64,000 nucleotides of DNA from Candidatus Latescibacterota bacterium (GTDB lineage Bacteria > Latescibacterota > UBA2968 > GCA-2709665), in the NCBI GenBank assembly GCA_965116875.1, contig OZ220733.1, positions 1,792,001 to 1,856,000 on the forward strand, given 5' to 3'. The position numbers and the translations under genes were made by a program. Numbering within the stretch: position 1 is the stretch's first letter; the number at the start of each line of letters is the position of its first letter. This document shows, piece by piece, positions 51,228 through 58,447 of the stretch. The notes beneath the pieces were generated by a model. That model worked only from the letters and a program-made list of their open reading frames with translations. It was not told where the DNA came from and did not search any database.

Positions 51228-51252
51228 GTAGGGGCGACCCTTGTGGTCGCCC
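51228..51252 (+). repeat. GTAG-type REP
   Basis: GTAGGGGCGACCCTTGTGGTCGCCC. Confidence 0.75.
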
Positions 51253-51318
51253 GCCTGATCCCGGTTCGCTTTTGATCTATGCTGACAGCTGAAGACTGAT
51301 AGCTGATAGTTTTTTTGA

Positions 51319-51334
51319 TGTTCCACGTGAAACA
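51319..51334. promoter_or_regulatory. parS: parS centromere site
   Basis: TGTTCCACGTGAAACA, origin-proximal, upstream of rsmG. Confidence 0.9.
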
Positions 51335-51391
51335 TCGGGTGCGGTCTATGGAATCGGCGTGTGGCGTTTTTCGGACGTTCGGGGAGGAGCG

Positions 51392-52036
51392 GTGACCGAT
51401 CAGCAATTCCTGGCGGCGGCGGAAGCGTTGTCAGGCAGGCTGTCTGATGAGCAGGCCACGGCGTTCGAACAATATGAGGCGTTGTTGAGGACCTGGTCCG
51501 GGCGTGTGCGACTGGTTTCCCGGGGGGATCGGGACAAGATCAGGGAACGCCACTTTATCGACAGTCTGCGGCTGACCCCTTTTCTGCCCCGCGGCGGGAT
51601 TACGTTGCTGGACCTGGGATCGGGTGCGGGTTTTCCGGGCGTGCCGATCAAGATCGCCCGCCCGGAGGTGAAGGTTGTGCTGCTGGAGTCGGCGCGCATG
51701 AAGGGGCTTTTCCTGAACCACCTGGCGGGAGAACTCAAACTGGACGGGCTGTCCGTTTTGGCCGAGCGGGCGGAGGACGCCGGCGAGCGTGCCGAACATC
51801 GCGGGAGATACGATATTGTAACGGCTCGGGCGGTGGGCGCGCTGCCCCTCCTCTGGCGCCTTTCGTCGGGATTCCTCAAGAAAGACGGTGAGTTGCTGGC
51901 GTTGAAGGGTCCCGGCGCGCTCAGGGAAGCAGAGGAACTCGGCCCCGACGGCCCGGTTGTTTCCATCGAATCCATGGAGACCGGAAGGCCCCACGGGAAC
52001 ATGATGCTCGTCCGGATCTCGGCGCGTCGCGAGTGA
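51392..52036 (+). CDS. rsmG: 16S rRNA m7G527 methyltransferase
   Basis: RHFIDS, LDLGSGAGFPG, RAE, VTARAV, LKG. GTG start after GGAGGAG. Confidence 0.93.
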   Translation: MTDQQFLAAAEALSGRLSDEQATAFEQYEALLRTWSGRVRLVSRGDRDKIRERHFIDSLRLTPFLPRGGITLLDLGSGAGFPGVPIKIARPEVKVVLLESARMKGLFLNHLAGELKLDGLSVLAERAEDAGERAEHRGRYDIVTARAVGALPLLWRLSSGFLKKDGELLALKGPGALREAEELGPDGPVVSIESMETGRPHGNMMLVRISARRE

Positions 52037-52435
52037 TTACTCGTCCTGAACGAGTTCGATCAGGACGCCCGATGTGCTCCTGGGATGGATGAAAGCCACC
52101 TGTCTCCCGAGCGCGCCCGTCCTGATCGCGCCGGATAACGTGAGCCCCTCTTCTTCGCAGGTTGAGACTGCCGCTTCGATATCCTTGACCCGGATCGCGA
52201 CGTGGTGCAGGCCCGGCCCGCGCCCCGAAAGGAATCGGGCGAGAGAACTCCCGTCGTGCAGCGGTTCGAGGAGTTCTACTCTGGTCAGGCCGGCGCCACC
52301 GAGAAATACGGCCCGGACGCCTTCTGAATCTACGGTTTCATCCTCCATCTTTTCGAACCCCAGCATGGAATAGACGGCCAGGGTCCGTTCAATCTCCTCC
52401 ACAGCGATGCCCACGTGGTCCACACGTCCGTCCAC
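52037..52435 (-). CDS. mce: Methylmalonyl-CoA epimerase
   Basis: DHVGIAV, VELLEP, GLHHVA, AFIHP, GVLIELVQ. Confidence 0.9.
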   Translation of the reverse strand: MDGRVDHVGIAVEEIERTLAVYSMLGFEKMEDETVDSEGVRAVFLGGAGLTRVELLEPLHDGSSLARFLSGRGPGLHHVAIRVKDIEAAVSTCEEEGLTLSGAIRTGALGRQVAFIHPRSTSGVLIELVQDE

Positions 52436-52437
52436 GA

Positions 52438-54273
52438 CTATCCTCCCGGTCTGTAGGATCCAAAGACAGCGCGCATCCTGTCCGATATCTCGCCCACGGT
52501 CGCGCCGGCGGAACAGGCCGCCACAACCGCGTCGGTGATCGACCCCCCACACCTCGCCCGCCGTTCGACGACGTCCAACGCTTCGTTCGTCGCGTCGGTG
52601 TCCCGCAGGCTTCGCGCGCTCGCTAGCCTGCTCTTCTGCGTGTCTTCGGTTTCCTGCGGAGGCTGGAAAGCCGAAGCCGGCGGATCCGCGGCGTCCTGAT
52701 ACCGGTTAACCCCCACCACCACGGTCTCGCCCGATTCGATTTGTTTCTGCGCATCGTATGCGGATTCCGCGATACAGGCCGCGGTGAAGCCGCTTGCGGC
52801 GGCCTGCGCCGCGCCGCCCTCCCGGTCGACCGACTCGAGAACGGCAACAGCTTCCTCCTCCAGGTCATCGGTTATCCGTTCCACGGCACAGGACCCGCCC
52901 ATGGGATCCACGGTGTCGGGGATGCCGCTTTCGTATGCGAGGACCTGCTGGGTGCGGACAGCCATCCGCGCTCCGGAGTCAGACGGTAGCCCGAGCGCTT
53001 CGTCATAGGCGTTGACGTGCAGGGACTGCGCGCCGCCCAGGACCGCCGCCAGGGCCTGCAGGGTGGTACGCGCGCAGTTGTTCAGGGGTTGCTGGGCCGT
53101 GAGTGTCGAGCCGGCGGTCTGGGCGTGGAATCTCAGTCGCCGGGAACGCAGGTCCTGCACACCCAGGCGCTCAACCACGAGCCGGTTCCAGAGTCGCCTT
53201 GCCGCACGAAATTTGGCGATTTCTTCCAGGAAATGGTTGTGGACGCCAAAAAAGAAAGAGAAGTTCGGGAGAACCCGCTCAAGTTCGAGGCCGGCCTCGC
53301 GGGCGGCATCGGCGTACGCCAGGGCGTGGGCGAGTGTAAAACCAAGCTCTTGTGCGGCGGTTGCGCCGGCTTCTCTCATGTGGTAGCCGCTAACGCTGAC
53401 GGGATTCCATTTCGGCGCCTCCCGGAGACAATAGCCCATCAGGTCCACGACGAGACGCATCGATTCGGCGATCGGGAAGATATATGTTCCACGTGAAACA
53501 TATTCCTTGAGAATGTCGTTCTGGACCGTGCCGGAAAGCGCCGATGCCGGCAATCCGCGCTTTTTTCCGAGGGCCGCGTACAGGGCGAACAGGATGCTCG
53601 CCGTCGCATTGATGGTCATGGACGTGCTGATGCGGTCCAGCGGGATTTCATCGAACAGGGTTTCCAGGTCCCACAGGCCGTCCACCGCCACGCCCACCCG
53701 GCCCACCTCGCCTTCCGCATTCGGATGGTCCGAGTCATAGCCCATCTGCGTGGGCAGGTCGAACGCCACGCTCAGGCCGGTCTGGCCCGTTTCGAGCAGG
53801 GCGCGAAAGCGGGCATTGGTCTCCGCCGGGGTGGAAAATCCCGCGTACTGGCGGATGGTCCAGAGGCGCCCGCGATACATGGTGGGATATGCGCCGCGAG
53901 TGAAGGGCGGCTCGCCCGCCCGCCCGATCCGGTCCGGGGGGCGCTCTACCCGCGCGACCCCGGGTCGTTGGTGGTCGCCTTCGGCGGCGCCGCCCTGCTC
54001 GCGGCCCGCAGGTTCGGCAATCATTCCAGCCATGTCGTCGAAAAGGCGCCTGGCTTCTTTTGTACCGGCGCGCTGTCTGTACGCCTGAACCAGGAGCGCC
54101 CTGGGGTCCAGGTCAAGGACGGTCGCCAGGTCGAGACACCGCTCATCCGAGGGAATGCGTTTTCCGTTTTCTATCTGTCCGATGTAGGTACCCCAGACGC
54201 CGATCTTCTCGCCCAGCCCGTGCTGGCTGAACCGGCCCCTGCGCGCCTTTTCGATCATTTCTCCCAGGGTCAT
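52438..54273 (-). CDS. XRE-HTH domain fused to methylmalonyl-CoA mutase large (substrate-binding) subunit
   Basis: N-terminal SQHGLGEKIGVWGTYIGQIENGKRIPS, then PFTRGAYPTMY, WTIRQYAGF, GLSVAFDL, QNDILKEY, SGYHMREAG, QSLH; no B12-binding domain. Confidence 0.88.
   Translation of the reverse strand: MTLGEMIEKARRGRFSQHGLGEKIGVWGTYIGQIENGKRIPSDERCLDLATVLDLDPRALLVQAYRQRAGTKEARRLFDDMAGMIAEPAGREQGGAAEGDHQRPGVARVERPPDRIGRAGEPPFTRGAYPTMYRGRLWTIRQYAGFSTPAETNARFRALLETGQTGLSVAFDLPTQMGYDSDHPNAEGEVGRVGVAVDGLWDLETLFDEIPLDRISTSMTINATASILFALYAALGKKRGLPASALSGTVQNDILKEYVSRGTYIFPIAESMRLVVDLMGYCLREAPKWNPVSVSGYHMREAGATAAQELGFTLAHALAYADAAREAGLELERVLPNFSFFFGVHNHFLEEIAKFRAARRLWNRLVVERLGVQDLRSRRLRFHAQTAGSTLTAQQPLNNCARTTLQALAAVLGGAQSLHVNAYDEALGLPSDSGARMAVRTQQVLAYESGIPDTVDPMGGSCAVERITDDLEEEAVAVLESVDREGGAAQAAASGFTAACIAESAYDAQKQIESGETVVVGVNRYQDAADPPASAFQPPQETEDTQKSRLASARSLRDTDATNEALDVVERRARCGGSITDAVVAACSAGATVGEISDRMRAVFGSYRPGG
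53485..53500. promoter_or_regulatory. parS: parS site inside the mutase CDS
   Basis: TGTTCCACGTGAAACA, identical to 51319-51334. Confidence 0.85.
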
Positions 54274-54335
54274 CTTCGGAGTCTCCGTTGCAAGGCGGAA
54301 AAAAGGTAGAAGAAAGGCGGGTAGACGGTAGACGT

Positions 54336-54463
54336 GAGACGGGAGAAAAAATGCGGGTAGACGGGAGACGTAAGACGGTAGATGAGATCATTGCCGGGTA
54401 TGTTATTCCTCGTTGCCTCCGGCACGAGAGAAAACCTCACAGGGCAGGAAATCTCTCCCCTCT
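54336..54463 (+). repeat. 128-bp direct repeat, copy 2
   Basis: Identical by eye to 51077-51204. Confidence 0.9.
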
Positions 54464-54688
54464 TCCGGCTCACGTCTCACCAGGTGGTTGGGCGGAGTGT
54501 GGTCCTCTCCCCTCTCCCGTCTTCCGTCTCCCCGCTTTTAAGGAACACGCCGTAGGCATAAACGGGATCTGTGTGGCCTGCCGACCCTTCAGCAGTGCCA
54601 GTGCAAATGCGCTGGACGGATTGGCACGGAAAAACCCCCCGTACCCCCCCGTCGCCGGCTGTGAAATGCATTGATTGAGCGAAACCCG

Positions 54689-54815
54689 CCTTTTCTCCCT
54701 CTTTCCTTTAGGAGAGAGGGCCGGGGAGAGTGGTCTGCGCCATTCGCGGTCGTCCGTGCAATAGCGCTAACGTCCCTAATTCGGTTTTTGGTTTTCGCTG
54801 AAAGCTAACGGCTGA
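54689..54815 (-). repeat. Dispersed composite repeat, copy 2
   Basis: Reverse-complement match to 7419-7547. Confidence 0.85.
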
Positions 54816-54843
54816 TCGCGAATTCCTTTTTTTAGTGAGGCGC

Positions 54844-54867
54844 ATACACACACTTGCGTGTGTGTAT
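54844..54867. promoter_or_regulatory. Palindromic candidate operator
   Basis: ATACACACAC-TTGC-GTGTGTGTAT next to an AT-rich promoter-like tract (54868-54930). Confidence 0.45.
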
Positions 54868-55030
54868 ATAGGTTATAAACTATTGTTTATTAAAAGGTTT
54901 ATGAAATTCAATTGAATCTGAAAAATAAGAGCGGATGGCGTCCGGGAAGAGCGGGAACGACGAGGTCTGACGGGAGTCGAGAGGCATTCGGACCCGCCGG
55001 GAACGCGCCGGGTTTTCGACGTCCGAGCGG

Positions 55031-55888
55031 TCAGCCCGAGACAACCGGATTCTCGAGTCTTCCGATACCGTCGATTTCGCAGACAACGGTGTCGCCGGCC
55101 CTGAGCCAGAGTTGCGGATCGCGGGCCATTCCGACTCCCGGCGGGGTTCCTGTAAAGATCAGGTCGCCGGGCTGCAGGGTGACGACCCGGGACAGATAGG
55201 CGATCAACTGGTCGACCCTGAAAATCAATTGCGCCGTGTTCGAGTCCTGTACGATTTCTCCGTTCAGGATACAGCGAATGCCCAGATTGTGCGGATCTTC
55301 AATCTCGTCGGGCGTGACGAGTTCCGGGCCCAGCGGCGCGAAGGTGTCGAAGGTCTTGCCGAGCAGCCATTGACCGCCGGGTTTCTCGAGCTGGAAGTCC
55401 CGCGCGCTTACGTCGTGACCCACGGTATAGCCCGCCACGTGGTCCAATGCGTCGGACTCCGGAATATCCTTACCCGACGTTCCGATGACGACAACGAGTT
55501 CGACCTCGTAGTCGACGGACTGCGTGATCGAAGGGAGCCGGATCGCATCGCCGGGACCGATAATGGTGGAAGAGAACTTGGAGAATACCACCGGCTCCGA
55601 TGGAATGGGCATATTGCTTTCGGCCGCGTGGTCCGCGTAGTTGAGGCCGATGCAGAGGACCTTATCCGGTTTCCCGATGGGCGCCGACACGTGGACGTCG
55701 CCTGCGTGGATGCCTTCGCCGCGCTCTGCCGCCTCTTCCGCCGCGGCCAGCGCATCCGGACCCGCTTCGAGCAGACGTACGAGATCCGGCGGAACGTCCG
55801 GATCGACGCGGCTCACGTCCACGATCGAGTCACCCGATCGGACGCCGACGCGTTGCGAGCCCTGATATTCAAAAGTGAGCAGTCGCAT
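55031..55888 (-). CDS. Fumarylacetoacetate hydrolase family protein
   Basis: CIGLNYADH, DYEVEL, DVSARD, GKTFDTF, TGTPPGVG. Confidence 0.93.
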   Translation of the reverse strand: MRLLTFEYQGSQRVGVRSGDSIVDVSRVDPDVPPDLVRLLEAGPDALAAAEEAAERGEGIHAGDVHVSAPIGKPDKVLCIGLNYADHAAESNMPIPSEPVVFSKFSSTIIGPGDAIRLPSITQSVDYEVELVVVIGTSGKDIPESDALDHVAGYTVGHDVSARDFQLEKPGGQWLLGKTFDTFAPLGPELVTPDEIEDPHNLGIRCILNGEIVQDSNTAQLIFRVDQLIAYLSRVVTLQPGDLIFTGTPPGVGMARDPQLWLRAGDTVVCEIDGIGRLENPVVSG

Positions 55889-56046
55889 AAGTTGGATACC
55901 CTCTTATTTTGGGATTACGATATCCTGCCGAACAGGGTGCGAAGAATAACATGCCGGCCGACTCCTGTCAAGGGATAAGGACGACGAAGCAGTCGTTCGC
56001 ACGCATCGGCGGGGGTCGACCACCGGAGTCGGATTCGGTATCTGAC

Positions 56047-56185
56047 GCATTCACAATTCACACTGTGGATAAACTGGGCGGCCGCTGGTGTTGATAAATA
56101 AACATTTGTTATTTTTTAATTTAAGTGAATTAATTCACAGTCATCCACCGCCGAAACCGCGATATGTGGAAAACATCGGGATAAC
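56047..56185. promoter_or_regulatory. Second DnaA-box cluster with AT-rich core
   Basis: TGTGGATAA 56064, TGTTGATAA 56089, TAATTCACA 56131, TGTGGAAAA 56165, plus weaker boxes. Confidence 0.7.
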
Positions 56186-56348
56186 TACGAATGCGTCGAG
56201 CGCGCCTCCTGTCGACGGACGGAAACCGGTCGATCCCCGGCGCGTCCGGGATGGAAGATTTCTCTTGCTACCCCCCTGCGATTACTCTATATTTCGGAAA
56301 TTCAGCAAAGGGCTCATTTAAGCCCTGAAAGCGGGTATTTGCGGTCTA

Positions 56349-56674
56349 ACAGCCCGTTGAAAAAGCCCATCCGGGCTACGGCCGGCCCTTGCGGTCGAAA
56401 TACTGCGTTGCGCTCCCTCGCCGAATCGCAGGATGGGACTCGGTCGCGCGCCTTGTCTTCGACCACAATGGCAAGTGTTCCGACCCGGAAATAGATTGCC
56501 GAAATTCGACCGCCGAGTCGCCCGGCTGGCAAGGCGCCTGAGCAAGGAGACCTGTCCGTGGTCGCCGAGTGAAGGCAACGCCGCCAGACGGGATGAATCG
56601 GCGGATGAATGGTGACATATTTCCGGGACGGGACACCAAGCCTCGCCTGCAGAGCGACTTTCTCAACGGACTGC
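56349..56674 (+). mobile_element. MITE family B, 326 bp, TA-flanked
   Basis: TA-ACAGCCCGTTGAAAAAG...CTTTCTCAACGGACTGC-TA (14/17 inverted match). Confidence 0.8.
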
Positions 56675-56692
56675 TATGGAGAATGCCGGCTC

Positions 56693-57274
56693 GTGATCGA
56701 AAAGGTCAAAGACGACGTCGCCGAATTGCTTGAACCGTCCACGCAGTATCTTGTCAAGAAGCGGTTCCGGCCGAATGCGCTTACCCTGGTCGGGTTCCTC
56801 CTGAACCTGGTTGCGGCGGTGCTTTTCGGATTCGAATACCTGCGGTGGGCGGGTCTGACAGTGCTGCTTGCCGGAGTGTTCGATTTTCTGGATGGACAGG
56901 TGGCTCGCGTGGGGCGGAGCGAAACCACGTTCGGGGCGCTCCTGGATTCCACGGTAGACCGGTATTCGGAAATCGTCATCTGGTTCGGCGTGGCGGTCAG
57001 CTTCATACGGTCGGACTCCCTGTGGACCACCTCCGCCGTGTTTTTTGCGCTGGCCGGCTCGTTGATGGTGAGCTATATCCGGGCGCGCGTCGAAGGTCTG
57101 GGCGAGGAGTGCAAGGTCGGTTTCATGCAGCGGCCGGAACGGGTCATCGCCATCGGCGTGGGGGCATTGGTAGGAGAAATCGGTCTTACGATAGCGATCT
57201 GGGCCATTGCGTTTCTGTCCAACTATACCGCCCTGCACAGGGTGTTGTATTTCCGCAAACGGTCCCGGGATTGA
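56693..57274 (+). CDS. CDP-alcohol phosphatidyltransferase (PIP synthase/PgsA-like)
   Basis: PNALT, DFLDGQVAR, GALLDSTVDR, SYIRARVE, QRPER. Confidence 0.92.
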   Translation: MIEKVKDDVAELLEPSTQYLVKKRFRPNALTLVGFLLNLVAAVLFGFEYLRWAGLTVLLAGVFDFLDGQVARVGRSETTFGALLDSTVDRYSEIVIWFGVAVSFIRSDSLWTTSAVFFALAGSLMVSYIRARVEGLGEECKVGFMQRPERVIAIGVGALVGEIGLTIAIWAIAFLSNYTALHRVLYFRKRSRD

Positions 57275-57339
57275 CGGGATGACTGTCAGCATTCGACTGA
57301 ACTGAAGACAGGCGACTGGCTTTACATGCCAAGAGAGAA

Positions 57340-57363
57340 GGCGCACCGCGGTGCGCCGTTTTT
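57340..57363 (+). terminator. Intrinsic terminator
   Basis: GGCGCACCGCGGTGCGCC followed by GTTTTT. Confidence 0.65.
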
Positions 57364-57460
57364 GTTGGAATCGCCAGAGGAATTCCGGGAGAGAAACGGA
57401 TATGTGTTTTCTGCCGGTTTTTTATATTCTCGCTCTAGCCGCACCGGATGGAGGCAGGGG

Positions 57461-58321
57461 TTGGCATCAGAAGAAAAGAGATCGAACCTCGCGTTGTTCA
57501 CGGACCTGGACGGGACGCTGCTGCAGAGCGATCGAAAGGCCAGCGCACGAAGCCTGAAAACGCTGAGGGCGCTGGGCAGAAAGGGCATCTGGCGGACGGT
57601 GGTCACCGGCAGGTCCCACATGTCGGCCCGGACCGTTCTGAGCGACACGTTTCCGATCGATTTTCTGATCACGTCGTCCGGCGTTGGAATTTTCGACTTC
57701 CGGGACCAGACGCTTGTGGAGTCCCATTCTCTCTCCGCCGGAGTCGTGCGTCGCGTTACCGGGTATCTGATCGACGGCGGATACGACTTCATGGTCCATG
57801 CGCCTGTTCCCGATAATCACACGTTCGAGTACTGGGAACAGAACGAGCACAATCCCGATTTCCTGCGCAGGCGTCAAAACAGCGCGGAACATTGTCGCCG
57901 GTTGAATCCCGGCTGCCCGGAGAACGGCCGCGCTTCGCAGTTTGTTGTGGTCTGTCCGGCGGATGCGGACCCCTGGCGCACTCACGACGCGCTCTCGAAC
58001 GCCCTGGAGGACCTGTCGGTGATCCGGACCACGTCGCCTTCGGACCACCAGTCCACCTGGTTTGAGATATTTCCGAAGCAGGTATCCAAGGCCCGGTCCG
58101 CGGCCAGGTTGTGCGAACGCCTGGGGGTGGACGGCGGCCGGTCTGCAGCCGTCGGCAACGACTACAACGACTCGGACATGCTGCAGTGGTGCGGTTTTCC
58201 GTTTGTCGTCCGAAACGCCCCGGAACCCCTGCGAGCGCGGTATCCGGTGGTGTCCGACCACAACGCGGACGGCTTCTCGGAGGCGGTTCAACGGTGGCTC
58301 GACGGCATAGAGCAGGGTTAG
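57461..58321 (+). CDS. HAD-superfamily hydrolase (Cof-like, subfamily IIB)
   Basis: FTDLDGTLL, VTGR, SK, VGNDYNDSDM. Start uncertain. Confidence 0.85.
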   Translation: MASEEKRSNLALFTDLDGTLLQSDRKASARSLKTLRALGRKGIWRTVVTGRSHMSARTVLSDTFPIDFLITSSGVGIFDFRDQTLVESHSLSAGVVRRVTGYLIDGGYDFMVHAPVPDNHTFEYWEQNEHNPDFLRRRQNSAEHCRRLNPGCPENGRASQFVVVCPADADPWRTHDALSNALEDLSVIRTTSPSDHQSTWFEIFPKQVSKARSAARLCERLGVDGGRSAAVGNDYNDSDMLQWCGFPFVVRNAPEPLRARYPVVSDHNADGFSEAVQRWLDGIEQG

Positions 58322-58339
58322 GAATCAACATTATTCTCA

Positions 58340-58378
58340 CACAAAGGCACAAAGGCACGAAGGCACGAAGGCACGAAG
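58340..58378 (+). repeat. Tandem 8-mer (CACRAAGG) x ~5
   Basis: CACAAAGG CACAAAGG CACGAAGG CACGAAGG CACGAAG. Confidence 0.85.
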
Positions 58379-58447
58379 AAAACCATTCGATAGTCAAATG
58401 ATCGTTCCCCACGTTTCATCTTGGACCACGATTGAACGGAACAAGCC

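Noticed and set aside
51056-51335. Small ORFs in the mnmE-rsmG gap and at 54143-54674
   Set aside because: They are translations of the 128-bp repeat, REP and parS (MFHVEH).
54621-54637. TTGGCACG as a sigma54 promoter
   Set aside because: No GC at the -12 position (TGGCACGGAAAAACCC).
58340-58378. Tandem repeats considered as a CRISPR array or contingency locus
   Set aside because: 8-bp units with no spacers, intergenic, and no cas genes in the window.
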